Shown in pieces: positions 27,751 through 37,732 of a DNA stretch of 64,000 bases. The stretch lies in the NCBI GenBank assembly GCA_034658655.1, contig JAYEFQ010000134.1, positions 3,463 through 67,462 of the forward strand, given 5' to 3'. A model generated the notes under the pieces. It saw nothing but the letters and a program-made list of their open reading frames with translations, did not search any database and was not told the DNA's origin. Each line of letters begins with the position of its first letter. The first letter of the stretch is position 1. The stretch comes from Bacteroidota bacterium. Lineage in GTDB: Bacteria > Bacteroidota > Bacteroidia > Bacteroidales > ML635J-15. The position numbers were made by a program, and so were the translations under genes.

Positions 27751-29875
27751 AAATAATATCAGAGTATTCTTCGAGTTCGCCAATAATTCGGAATTCTGTG
27801 CGACGATTTTTCGCTCTTCCGTCCTCATTGTCCGTTCCGTCAGAATTTGAATTTGGTGCGATTGGGTTTTCCTCACCATATCCTTTGGCAGTCATTTGTT
27901 CCTTTGAAATTCCTTTTTCCATCAGACAATTTACAACTGACTCAGCGCGTTTTTGCGACAATTCCATATTATATTCATTACTACCAACACTATCAGTATG
28001 TGAGCTAATTTCAACAATAATTATCGGATGTTTTTTCAGTAATTTGTAAATTGTATTGTGAATAACGCGTTCTGCTTCTTTCGTAAGTTCTGCTTTGTCA
28101 TATTCATAATACACATTTTTCAATGTAATTGGCTCAGTAGGGATTGTATTTACAATAATTGCATCCATTATGATGGTGTCATCCTGTGTAATTGGTTTGG
28201 TTGTTAGGGAAAATACTTTTTCATCCCGATTAAAATCTTTGACTTTTAGGCGGTAATCGATTCCCTGCTCTAAATTAAACCAAAACCTACCTTTTTCGGT
28301 AGAATCTGTTTTGATAAACACTTCTTCGCTAGTTTCCGGGTCTATCATAAATAAAGAAACAGGATATTTATGGAGTAATTTTATGGATGCAGTATCTTTG
28401 TCTGTAGTTACATGATCGAGTCTCATATCTTGCTCATATTCAGCACGAATTGAGTTGTAAAAATCTAAATCAGTAATACCGTAAATTTCTCCGGTTAACC
28501 AAATTCGTATGTAATCGCTGTCGATAAATTGGTAAATGTCATCGCAGCAGGTTTCATGTCTAAGCGATTGTCCGCCCGGCCGATTTGAGACGAAATATCC
28601 GGTATATCCTTCTTTATAAACATTGTAATACAGGTCGTCATAGCTTGAATTGACCGGTTTTTGCATGTTCTTTGGTTTGTTGAGTGATCGACCTGAGCCT
28701 CTGGTTTTAAAAATATCTAGTCCACCGATGTTTGTGTGTCCATTTGATGCAAAATACAACGTTTTTCTGTCAGCATCATAAAATGGTGTGATTTCATCGG
28801 CCACGGTATTAATTTTTCGACCACAGTTTCTTGGGCTTTTCCATTCTTCACGTCTTGGGTCAAAATAACTGTACCAAATATCCATTCCTCCGTTTGTCCC
28901 ATCTCTATCTGATATGAAATACAACATATCTGTGTTCCTTCGGGAAATTCCCACTGCTGGCATGGTTGAGGTGTAGTAGGGGTCATTAATGATTTCGGGT
29001 AAAATTTCGGGTGTTTGCCATTGATTGTTTTCCAGTTTTGATAACCAGATACGACAAATTATTCGTTCATCAAATTCGCGAGAACAACGTGTGAAGTAGA
29101 ACCTATTTCCATCGGGAGAAAAGGCTCCGTTTCCAGTATTAAAATCTGGGCTATTAATTTGATCAGCTCCAAATTCTCCTGTAATTTTCCATGAATTTCC
29201 TTGTTTGTACGCTTGGTAAAATTTCCGTTTTGGAATGCTGTCTTTTACCGGGTCAAAGTATTTTATATCATCTAATTGCAATGATGCAAAAACCAATCTG
29301 TTTTCATCAATAATCATGGGATTAAAGTCAATGTGTTTGTGATTGATAGGTTTCCCGAGATTATTCACAACGAAGTTCGTATTTAAAGTGTCAGAAAGCA
29401 CCATTTCTATACCTTCAATTTCTGATCGCATCCTGTCTTTGTAGTATTTCTGATCTTTACTTTTTATATCTTTTCGATATCGTGTGAAAATATTAAATTC
29501 CCTTAGTGCATCTTCATATTTCCCTTGCATTTTTAAGCATTCAGCATATTTGAACTGAGCTTGAGGATATTTTCTGCGTTTTTCTTTAAATGCTTTGAGA
29601 TAATAATTTTCAGCTTCTGGATAGTTACGTTCTTTAAAATATAGTTCCCCTAAAATGAAAAGAATTTTAGCGTTATTAGGTTTTTCTTTGATGTAGGCTG
29701 AGAGGTAATCAATTGCAGTAAATAAATCGCCTGCAGCAAGTGCTTTTTCTCCGTAGCGTTTTAATTGCCGAGGGTTCATTTCGGTCATATCCTGTTGTGC
29801 GATTGCGTTTTGGTTAATACCGAAACCAACAAAACACAGCATCATTGCAAAAAATAGTTTATGCATAATTTTCAT
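27740..29875 (-). CDS. PorE (PG1058)-like T9SS protein: TPR + WD40/TolB-like beta-propeller + CRD-like + OmpA_C peptidoglycan-binding domain
   Basis: N-terminal TPRs (GDLFTAIDYLSAYI..., AENYYLKAF). PD40-like blades (FSPDGNRFYFTR, MLYFISDRDGTNGGMDIWYS, TLYFASNGHTNIGGLDIF). C-terminal OmpA_C (FEISSHTDSVGSNEYNMELSQKRAESV...GRAKNRRTEF pattern). This is the four-domain order reported for P. gingivalis PG1058/PorE. Confidence 0.65.
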   Translation of the reverse strand: MKIMHKLFFAMMLCFVGFGINQNAIAQQDMTEMNPRQLKRYGEKALAAGDLFTAIDYLSAYIKEKPNNAKILFILGELYFKERNYPEAENYYLKAFKEKRRKYPQAQFKYAECLKMQGKYEDALREFNIFTRYRKDIKSKDQKYYKDRMRSEIEGIEMVLSDTLNTNFVVNNLGKPINHKHIDFNPMIIDENRLVFASLQLDDIKYFDPVKDSIPKRKFYQAYKQGNSWKITGEFGADQINSPDFNTGNGAFSPDGNRFYFTRCSREFDERIICRIWLSKLENNQWQTPEILPEIINDPYYTSTMPAVGISRRNTDMLYFISDRDGTNGGMDIWYSYFDPRREEWKSPRNCGRKINTVADEITPFYDADRKTLYFASNGHTNIGGLDIFKTRGSGRSLNKPKNMQKPVNSSYDDLYYNVYKEGYTGYFVSNRPGGQSLRHETCCDDIYQFIDSDYIRIWLTGEIYGITDLDFYNSIRAEYEQDMRLDHVTTDKDTASIKLLHKYPVSLFMIDPETSEEVFIKTDSTEKGRFWFNLEQGIDYRLKVKDFNRDEKVFSLTTKPITQDDTIIMDAIIVNTIPTEPITLKNVYYEYDKAELTKEAERVIHNTIYKLLKKHPIIIVEISSHTDSVGSNEYNMELSQKRAESVVNCLMEKGISKEQMTAKGYGEENPIAPNSNSDGTDNEDGRAKNRRTEFRIIGELEEYSDIIYEE

Positions 29876-29878
29876 CTC

Positions 29879-30895
29879 CTAATATCTGTCACAAGGTATT
29901 GTAATTCGTTTTAAATCGCTGATAAAATTTGTATAAACAATGCTTAGCTCAAAGGCGCCACGCATGTTTGTCGCTTTACTAAGTGCAGACACATTTAAGT
30001 CATAACTTATTCCTACATCAATTCCCATGACACCAACTCCAAGGATAGCGACAATGGCATCGGTGGAGTGAAATTGTGTCCTCATTTGTACACCTGTATA
30101 TACTTTGTCTAAAAGTTCTTCCAGCGGGAATTTGTATCCAATTATTCCGCCGACAAGATAGTTGCTGGCATTTTTTTGGTAATTTGTGTAAAGATTTGGC
30201 TTTGCATACCACATCTCTTTTAACGGAATGTATGCATTTGCATTAAAAGCAAAGCGAGGTGCAAGTTTTGCATCTTCACGAAGGAAAGAAAGTTCTGGGC
30301 CATTAATATGGTGTGCACTAAAACCAACTACGGGAATAATATCATTAAAATTGCTGGTCCATGCAAGTCCTAAGGTTACATCCGGGTAGTCAATATTTTC
30401 ATCCCAAGATTCTAGATAATTTGGCATATTTGCATCAAATAATCCAGATTGGCTGTCATATTGTCCCGGGAAAGTCAGTTGGTCTAGCTCATAGCTATGA
30501 ATTGTATATCCTGCTTGAATGCCTGCAATAATCGTATGTCCATTCAAATTGTATTGATACGCAAATGAGAGCATAATTTTGTTTGCAGTTAAATTTGCAG
30601 AACCACTTTGGTCATTTAGCACGTAAACTCCGAGACCAATTTCTCCTTTACGTAATTTAATTGGTTTGTCAAATCCTGCAGAAATTGTTTTGAATGGAGT
30701 TCCGACAGCGCTCCATTGATTTCTGTAGTTATTTGTAAACCTCCAATTGCCATCAAACATCCCTGTATAAGCGGGGTTGACGGATAGTGGCGTTTGGCTG
30801 AATTGAGAGAAATGAATGTCTTGTGCATTGACTTGATTTACCCCCAAAACAACAAATAGCCAAAAAAATGCTTGAAAAAAATGGTTTTTTAGCAT
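29879..30895 (-). CDS. PorP/SprF-family type IX secretion membrane protein (third copy in window)
   Basis: Signal peptide then QDIHFSQFSQTPLSVNPAYTG ... YRNQW, the PorP/SprF N-terminal signature. 4 nt upstream of the PorE-like gene. Confidence 0.85.
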   Translation of the reverse strand: MLKNHFFQAFFWLFVVLGVNQVNAQDIHFSQFSQTPLSVNPAYTGMFDGNWRFTNNYRNQWSAVGTPFKTISAGFDKPIKLRKGEIGLGVYVLNDQSGSANLTANKIMLSFAYQYNLNGHTIIAGIQAGYTIHSYELDQLTFPGQYDSQSGLFDANMPNYLESWDENIDYPDVTLGLAWTSNFNDIIPVVGFSAHHINGPELSFLREDAKLAPRFAFNANAYIPLKEMWYAKPNLYTNYQKNASNYLVGGIIGYKFPLEELLDKVYTGVQMRTQFHSTDAIVAILGVGVMGIDVGISYDLNVSALSKATNMRGAFELSIVYTNFISDLKRITIPCDRY

Positions 30896-30925
30896 ATTAA
30901 TCTTTTATTTATGCTTCAAATATAG

Positions 30926-30933
30926 TATTTTTG
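30926..30933 (+). promoter_or_regulatory. Candidate Bacteroidota -7 promoter box (TAnnTTTG) for the PKD adhesin gene
   Basis: TATTTTTG lies 32 nt upstream of the ATG at 30965. No convincing -33 TTTG at canonical spacing, so this is tentative. Confidence 0.3.
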
Positions 30934-30964
30934 TTTGTGTATCCAATTAACTAAAGGGATTATT

Positions 30965-33900
30965 ATGTCATTACAAATGAAATTTTTTGTTTTTCTTATT
31001 GTGTTTAGTGTCTCAGGAGGCAGTGTTTTTGCACAACCTTCAGCGAGTTTTACTGCTAATCCGGAATCTGGATGTGTTGGTGAAGTCGTTTATTTTACAA
31101 ACACTTCTGATTTATTATCATGTAGCGGACCAAATTACGAATGGGATTTTGACAATGGGCTTACCTCAGATCTTGAAAACCCACAAATTACTTTTACTAC
31201 AGCTGGAGATTATGTTGTTAGTTTAACAGTTACTTGTGACGAAGGGTTTGATACCTATACGTTTACAGTAGAGATATTGCCAACTCCAGATGCGAGTTTT
31301 ACCGTGGGTGCATATATGGGCTGTGCGCCTTATTCGGCTCAATTTACGAACAATAGTACACAAGGAGGGGGTACAATTGATGAATGGTACTGGACATTTG
31401 GTGATGGTATTAGTTCGGCTGAAGAAAATCCAAATCATCTATATAATACTCCTGGAAGTTATTCAGTAACACTAAAAGCAACAAATGCTAATGGCTGTTT
31501 TGATGTGTTTGAAATACAGGATATTATTCAGGTTTCTGATACTCCATCCGTTTCAATTATGGCTTTGCCTCAAGCACATTGCCAAACTCCTATTGATGTG
31601 TTTTTTGATGCAACCGTTAATGTCTCATCTGGCTTGGGTTATACTGCAGCTTGGGATTTTGGTGATGGCGGAAGTAGCTCGAATACAGATGAAACACACA
31701 CATATACAAGTCAAGGTAATTTTGATGTGCAATTAATTATTACTGATGATTATGGATGTGAGCGAGTGCTTGACAGTTTAGATTATATTCACATTCATCC
31801 GGTTAATCCAGAATATCAAATTTTTAATTCCAGTTCTGATTTAGTAACCAATGGAATTGTCTGTATTGATCAAACGACTTATTTTTCTTGCCAAAATGAA
31901 GGATATAATGTTCGATGGGATTTTGGTGGTGGAATGGTTTCCAATAGTCCGGTTGCAAGTATAATATTTACTACAGCAGGAACACATGAAATTACAATGA
32001 CAGTAGATCCCAATGGGGATTGTGAAGTTTCTGAAACGTTTACTGTGGAAGTGGAAGCTCCAAGTCCATCTTACACAATCAATCCTGCAGATGGCTTTGC
32101 TTGCGACATCCCCTTTGTTGTCGATTTCACAAGCAGCACAAGTGCTGATATTGCAGAATATGAGTGGTTGTTTGGTGATGGAAACAATTCAAATGAAGAA
32201 AATCCCAGCTATTCATATGAGAGTTTTGGAACGTTTCAGCCTGTGCTTCAGGTAACATCAGTGAATGGTTGTCTTGGAATTTATTCTGGTGCTGATGTTA
32301 CAATACAACAACCAAGTGCAAATTTTAGTATTGATACTACTGAGGGCTGTATTGGCTTGGAGGTAACAGCTGCTTATGATTCACTGACTCATCCTGATGC
32401 AATTTCATCTTTTTCTTGGGATTTTGGCGAAGATGGTGTTCCTGCTTATGATGGCAATACCGTAGAATCCTATGTATATGATAATGTGGGTGAATTTGTG
32501 ATTGAGTTGGCAGTAACCGATACTTCAGGTTGTACAAATATATTCACGCAAGATGTGCAGGTTGGAGATCATCAAACCCCGAGCTTTACTTTTGATCCTC
32601 TCGGAACGTATATTTGTCCTTTAGATAGTATAAGCTTTGAGTCAACTTCTGTTGAGATGGATTCAATTGACGAATTTGAGTGGCTTTTTGGTGATACTTT
32701 AGAGTGGCAATGGGGGACAGAGACCGGTGATATTCTCGATGATTTTCAGTTTGACCAAGATACCGGATGGGTTCAAGTGGTTCATGTAGTGAATCATAAT
32801 GGTTGTCGGGATTCTTTATTTATGAATTCACTCTTTTATATTAGTGGTCCGATTATTAATAGTATTAACAGTACATATGATTGTGATTTGGGCAATGAAT
32901 ATGAGTTCTATGTTAATCTGATTGAAGCCACAGAATGGGATTGGATTATCGAAAATGAAAGCGGAGGACTGGTTGACCAATTTTTAAATACCACCGATAG
33001 CACTCTTTTATATACTTTCCCTGCTGATGGAGAATATGAGATTTTTGTGGTGGCAAGTAATGTCGATTCAGGATGTGAATATGAGGATTCAATAACAATT
33101 AATGTGATACAACCTACGGCCTTGTTTGGTTTAACTCCAAGTTCTCAATGTGCGGGTTTACCTTATTCTTTTGATGGGTCTGGCAGTTTAAATGCGGAGC
33201 AATATTATTGGGAATTTGGAGATGGAGAGGTTACAGAATGGTCTGAAGATCCCACAGCACAACATACCTATAATTATATTGGTGATGTTGATGTTACACT
33301 TCATGTGATGGATGCAAATGGTTGTGAAGATGAAATGACATTAACATTACATATTGTTGGCCCTGAAATAAGTTTAGATAATTTGCCGGAAATAGGATGC
33401 ACACCCTTTACTTTGAACTTAACGGGTGAGGTGAGTGCTGAAGATCCTGTGATATTAATTGAATTTATAATTGGAGATTGGGATACTACCCTTGATGTGA
33501 GTGCGCTGGGACAAAATACTGTGCCTTTTGATTTTACAAGTGTATTTACACAAGAAGGCATATTTGATTTAATTATTACTGCCCGAACAAATAATTGTCC
33601 GGTTGGTAATACGGTTGTTTGGGAAGATTTTCTTAATCTAACAAGCCTCGAGGCATCATTTATTTCAAACATTCAAGGGACATGTGTTGGAACTGAAATA
33701 CAGTTTACCCCTGGAGAAGAAAACGGAAATTATGATTACGATTGGGACTTTGGTGATGGGAATTATAGCACCGAAACCACTCCGGGTTACACTTACGATA
33801 ATCATGGGGTGTATTCTGTAAGTTTGACCATTAGTGATTCGGAAAGTGGGTGTGTGTCAACGGAGAATCGAGTTGATTATATTGAAGTTCAGGAGGCAAT

Positions 33901-35428
33901 TGCTGATTTTACGGTTACACCGACTAGTGTTTCTTGTCCGCCATTACAGCCCGACATTACAAATAATAGCCCTGGATTATATGGTACAACTTATGAATGG
34001 AATTCTGGATATAATGAAAATTCCACTGAATTTGAGCCGGATTTCACGTACAATCATGCAGGTGAATATACTTTAACAGTACTAGCTGAAACTTCCTTTG
34101 GTTGTACAGCTGAAGCTTCTGAGTTATTGACGGTGTCTGGTCCTGCCGGAGAGCTTGTGGTAAGTGATAATCAAGTGTGTCTGCATGAATCCATCGATTT
34201 TGAAATTATAAATGGCGAAGGAATAGATGCAATTGCCTGGACATTTGGCGATGGTGCTGGTGCGTCGGGAGAAACCGCAAGTCATGCTTATGCGAATATG
34301 CCATCAAGTGGAAATAGTTATCCCGTTGTAGCAACGCTTACAGGAGGAAGTTGTGATGTGCAGTATGAAGTTGATATCTTAATTTATGACGTTCATGCAG
34401 AGTTTTCATTAATTGATCCGGAAACCAGTGCCTTTATGGATACTTTTGCGTGTAGCCCAATGGAAATTAGTCTCAATAATATTTCTACAGGTGATGATTT
34501 GTCATATTTATGGACAATTTATGAAACATCAGAAACCTTTACTACTGAAAATTTAGAGTCAATGGTTTTTGTTAATAATTCACAATCTGATAGTATTATA
34601 AATGTAACTTTAGAAATTGAAAACTCTACTGTAGGATGTGTTGACGATACAACTGTTCAGCTTGTTGTCGGAAATGTTCCGCAGCCAAATATCACCCCTG
34701 ATACGATTGTATGTCAGGATGATATCTTTAATTTGCATGCTGAAGGTGGAGGTACTTATTTGTGGTATCCAGGGATGTATCTTAGTGAGACAGAAATTGC
34801 AAATCCGCTTGTGCAACCAGAAGAGAGCATGATATATTATTTGACTGTAACGGGCGATAATGGTTGTGTAAATACAGATTCAATGCATGTTGGAATTCAG
34901 CTTCCTTTAACAACTATGCTCGACCAATTGACGGATACCATAAATATTGGGGAAAATACAAGTGTGCTGGTAACAACTGACCAAGAAAATGCATTGCTTA
35001 GCTGGACACCTGATGTTGCAAGTATCTCATGCTTAGATTGTGAAAGCCCAATTTTTAATCCTGAAGAAAGTATGGATTACCAGCTTGTTGTATCTGATAG
35101 TTTGCAATGTTTTTCTGAGGAGTTTATTGTGAGCATCACAGTCGTAGAGAATTATACTCTTGATGTACCAAAGGCATTTACACCCGAAGGAAATCCAGTA
35201 AATAGGCTTGTGTTTGTTCGCGGAATAGGGATTCGTCAATTACGTGAGTTTTCTATTTATAATCGTTGGGGCGAGAAATTATTTACCACTGACGATATAA
35301 ATCAAGGTTGGGATGGTTATTACAATGGTAAATTGCAGCCGGTTGATACCTACGTTTATTTTGTTGAAGCCGAAATGTATGATGGAACCGTGCGCACGAA
35401 AAAAGGGAATATCCTGCTGATGCAGTAA
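30965..35428 (+). CDS. PKD-domain-repeat surface protein with a T9SS type-B C-terminal sorting domain
   Basis: Signal peptide (MSLQMKFFVFLIVFSVSGGSVFAQ). At least 10 PKD units (F..N.S......W.FGDG..S....P.H.Y...G.Y.V.L.....GC). C-terminus VPKAFTPEGNPVNRL...IYNRWGEKLF...GWDGYYNGKLQPVDTYVYFV is a type-B CTD. The track start at 30935 is a TTG; the ATG at 30965 is preferred. Confidence 0.85.
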   Translation: MSLQMKFFVFLIVFSVSGGSVFAQPSASFTANPESGCVGEVVYFTNTSDLLSCSGPNYEWDFDNGLTSDLENPQITFTTAGDYVVSLTVTCDEGFDTYTFTVEILPTPDASFTVGAYMGCAPYSAQFTNNSTQGGGTIDEWYWTFGDGISSAEENPNHLYNTPGSYSVTLKATNANGCFDVFEIQDIIQVSDTPSVSIMALPQAHCQTPIDVFFDATVNVSSGLGYTAAWDFGDGGSSSNTDETHTYTSQGNFDVQLIITDDYGCERVLDSLDYIHIHPVNPEYQIFNSSSDLVTNGIVCIDQTTYFSCQNEGYNVRWDFGGGMVSNSPVASIIFTTAGTHEITMTVDPNGDCEVSETFTVEVEAPSPSYTINPADGFACDIPFVVDFTSSTSADIAEYEWLFGDGNNSNEENPSYSYESFGTFQPVLQVTSVNGCLGIYSGADVTIQQPSANFSIDTTEGCIGLEVTAAYDSLTHPDAISSFSWDFGEDGVPAYDGNTVESYVYDNVGEFVIELAVTDTSGCTNIFTQDVQVGDHQTPSFTFDPLGTYICPLDSISFESTSVEMDSIDEFEWLFGDTLEWQWGTETGDILDDFQFDQDTGWVQVVHVVNHNGCRDSLFMNSLFYISGPIINSINSTYDCDLGNEYEFYVNLIEATEWDWIIENESGGLVDQFLNTTDSTLLYTFPADGEYEIFVVASNVDSGCEYEDSITINVIQPTALFGLTPSSQCAGLPYSFDGSGSLNAEQYYWEFGDGEVTEWSEDPTAQHTYNYIGDVDVTLHVMDANGCEDEMTLTLHIVGPEISLDNLPEIGCTPFTLNLTGEVSAEDPVILIEFIIGDWDTTLDVSALGQNTVPFDFTSVFTQEGIFDLIITARTNNCPVGNTVVWEDFLNLTSLEASFISNIQGTCVGTEIQFTPGEENGNYDYDWDFGDGNYSTETTPGYTYDNHGVYSVSLTISDSESGCVSTENRVDYIEVQEAIADFTVTPTSVSCPPLQPDITNNSPGLYGTTYEWNSGYNENSTEFEPDFTYNHAGEYTLTVLAETSFGCTAEASELLTVSGPAGELVVSDNQVCLHESIDFEIINGEGIDAIAWTFGDGAGASGETASHAYANMPSSGNSYPVVATLTGGSCDVQYEVDILIYDVHAEFSLIDPETSAFMDTFACSPMEISLNNISTGDDLSYLWTIYETSETFTTENLESMVFVNNSQSDSIINVTLEIENSTVGCVDDTTVQLVVGNVPQPNITPDTIVCQDDIFNLHAEGGGTYLWYPGMYLSETEIANPLVQPEESMIYYLTVTGDNGCVNTDSMHVGIQLPLTTMLDQLTDTINIGENTSVLVTTDQENALLSWTPDVASISCLDCESPIFNPEESMDYQLVVSDSLQCFSEEFIVSITVVENYTLDVPKAFTPEGNPVNRLVFVRGIGIRQLREFSIYNRWGEKLFTTDDINQGWDGYYNGKLQPVDTYVYFVEAEMYDGTVRTKKGNILLMQ

Positions 35429-35500
35429 TGAGTCGAGTATGAAGTAGAAAACTTGTAAAGTTTATAAAATACATGGAATAATCGGCTTGCGATGAAACCA

Positions 35501-35617
35501 AGTAGCGCAAAGTTTCGCAAAGAAAAATTGAATAGAAAAAGAGTTTGATGCGTAGGGGAAAGTAGCGCAGAGGTTCGCAAAGGGGCAAAGTTTCGCAAAG
35601 AAAAATTGAATAGAAAA
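35501..35617. repeat. Intergenic direct repeats built from AGTAGCGCA / TTCGCAAAG words (33-nt perfect repeat x2)
   Basis: gcaaagtttcgcaaagaaaaattgaatagaaaa occurs at 35507-35539 and 35585-35617. agtagcgcaaagtttcgcaaag (35501) versus agtagcgcagaggttcgcaaagg (35561). A related copy agtaacgcaaaggttcgctaag lies at ~44489. Confidence 0.8.
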
Positions 35618-35985
35618 GAAGTGATAAGTATTCAAATGAATTGAGCATGTGATTAACCCTGACTTTAGGTCGGGGTAGAAAAAATAAGAAAGAAACAATT
35701 TAGCCCTGCCTATACAATTCGCAAAGTTCATAAAGTAAAAGGAGTTCGTAAAGCAGAAGGAGTAAGCTGCTTATAACGAGTGATTTATCAAAATGACAAA
35801 TATTATTATATCCAAGAAAATTCTAAAAATCATCATCAAATTTATAATCTACAAGGCACACAATAATGTGATTTTCATGCTAATTTCCCTGAGCATTGGC
35901 CTGATACATGTGGTACAATTACAAACTTAACAAATTATTATTATGTCCGAACAATTTGGCAAGAAACTCATAAATATTATAAAAT

Positions 35986-36032
35986 ATCACTGTTGTCCGG
36001 TAAAAATATAATGATGAACTAAAATTAATGAG
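35986..36032. repeat. 47-nt dispersed repeat, second copy (partner at 26375-26421)
   Basis: atcactgttgtccggtaaaaatataatgatgaactaaaattaatgag, 44/47 identical to the copy at 26375. Confidence 0.75.
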
Positions 36033-36146
36033 CTTCCCCACCAGTAAAAACTGACATGCCAGCCTACTCAATTCTGCAAAATACTATGACCCCCGACACA
36101 CTGCGTTACAGGGTATCGGGGTTATATGATATTTGTAATAAAAGAA

Positions 36147-37025
36147 TTAACTAAAATTTTCCACTGGCATTTTACGATCCACTTTTTTAATCAATCCTGC
36201 AAGTACTTTTCCAGGACCAATTTCTGTAAAATGATCAGCGCCATCAGCAATCATATTATTCATAATTTGAGTCCAACGTACCGGGCTTGTTAACTGAGCG
36301 ATTAAGTTTTCTTTTATCTCATCTGGCTTTGAATGCGCTTTGCCATCAACATTTTGATAAATTGGACAAATTGGCTCAACAAAAGATGTTTCTTTAATTA
36401 CTTGTGCAAGCTCTTCGCGTGCAGGTTCCATAAAAGGAGAATGAAATGCACCACCAACTGGAAGAGGTAAGGCGCGTTTAGCCCCAGCTTCTTTCAAAAC
36501 CCCCATTGCTTTTTCAATTCCTGCTTTTGAACCTGAAATCACAACTTGTCCCGGGCTATTATAATTTGCCGGAATAACAACTTCATCAATTGCGGCACAT
36601 TTTTCTTCCACAACAGCATCATCAAGCCCAAGAATTGCAGCCATGGTTGACTCCTCAATCTCACATGCTTTTTGCATTGCCAAGGCACGTTTTGAAACCA
36701 AGACAAGTGCATCCTCAAAGCTCAAACTTTTATTCGCAACCAAAGCAGAAAACTCTCCAAGAGAATGACCTGCCACCATATCAGGAACAAAATCATCACC
36801 CATAACCAAAGCACGAATTACAGAATGCAAAAAGATTGCAGGCTGAGTTACTTTCGTTTGTTTCAATTCCTCCGGAGTTCCTTCAAACATAATATCGGTA
36901 ATTCGGAATCCAAGAATTTCATTCGCTTTTTCAAATTTTTCTTTGGCTTCAGGGTAATTGTCATACAAATCTTTACCCATTCCCGGGAACTGAGCTCCCT
37001 GACCTGGAAATACAAATGCTTTCAT
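36147..37025 (-). CDS. fabD: Malonyl-CoA:ACP transacylase
   Basis: FVFPGQGAQFPGMG, GHSLGEFSALV active-site serine motif, 292 aa. Confidence 0.95.
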   Translation of the reverse strand: MKAFVFPGQGAQFPGMGKDLYDNYPEAKEKFEKANEILGFRITDIMFEGTPEELKQTKVTQPAIFLHSVIRALVMGDDFVPDMVAGHSLGEFSALVANKSLSFEDALVLVSKRALAMQKACEIEESTMAAILGLDDAVVEEKCAAIDEVVIPANYNSPGQVVISGSKAGIEKAMGVLKEAGAKRALPLPVGGAFHSPFMEPAREELAQVIKETSFVEPICPIYQNVDGKAHSKPDEIKENLIAQLTSPVRWTQIMNNMIADGADHFTEIGPGKVLAGLIKKVDRKMPVENFS

Positions 37026-37043
37026 TCGTTTATATTTTTTTGT

Positions 37044-37670
37044 TTACATTAATTTAGTGCCGATTAACTGCAAAAACTCTTTTCTAGTCGTATCTTTCAA
37101 AAATGCTCCCGTAAAGTCGGACGTTGTAGTTACGGAGTTTTGTTTTTGAACTCCGCGCATTTGCATACACATATGACGAGCTTCAATAACAACAGCAACA
37201 CCAAGTGGGTTCAAAGCATCTTGAATACTGTCTTTTATTTGTGTTGTCAAACGCTCCTGCACCTGCATTCTGCGAGCAAAAGCCTCCACAACCCGAGCAA
37301 TTTTACTTAAGCCCGTAATGTGATGATTTGGGATATATGCTACATGAGCTTTCCCTACAAACGGCAACATATGATGTTCACACATTGAAAATAAATCAAT
37401 ATCTTTCACAATAACCATTTGCTGATAATCCTCCTTAAACTTCGCTGACTGAAGAATTGCTGCAGGATCCTGATTGTATCCTTGCATCAAAAATTGCATA
37501 GCTTTTGCTATGCGCATCGGAGTTTTTTCAAGCCCTTCACGGGTAACATCTTCACCAAGAAGTTTTATAATTTCGTGATAATGCTTTGCTAACTCATAGG
37601 TTACTTTATCATCATATGCATCAGTACGAACAAATCCGCCAATTTCTGAATCATTAATCGTAAATTCCAT
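37044..37670 (-). CDS. folE: GTP cyclohydrolase I
   Basis: [21 protein letters not shown] and [15 protein letters not shown] are classic FolE motifs. Confidence 0.95.
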   Translation of the reverse strand: MEFTINDSEIGGFVRTDAYDDKVTYELAKHYHEIIKLLGEDVTREGLEKTPMRIAKAMQFLMQGYNQDPAAILQSAKFKEDYQQMVIVKDIDLFSMCEHHMLPFVGKAHVAYIPNHHITGLSKIARVVEAFARRMQVQERLTTQIKDSIQDALNPLGVAVVIEARHMCMQMRGVQKQNSVTTTSDFTGAFLKDTTRKEFLQLIGTKLM

Positions 37671-37701
37671 AATTATATTAATTTTATGGATGCAAAGTAA
37701 A

Positions 37702-37709
37702 CAAATTTA
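37702..37709 (-). promoter_or_regulatory. Candidate -7 promoter box (TAAATTTG on the minus strand) for the folE-fabD unit
   Basis: The reverse complement of caaattta matches TAnnTTTG, 32 nt upstream of the folE ATG. The -33 element is not convincing. Confidence 0.3.
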
Positions 37710-37732
37710 TTTTTAATCAAGTTCTTGACACT

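Noticed and set aside
35283-35731. Three overlapping minus-strand ORFs (121, 80 and 89 aa) in the ORF track
   Set aside because: They lie entirely in the repeat-filled spacer and overlap each other in different frames. Their repetitive peptides (FLCETL...) mirror the DNA repeats. They lack starts with plausible context.
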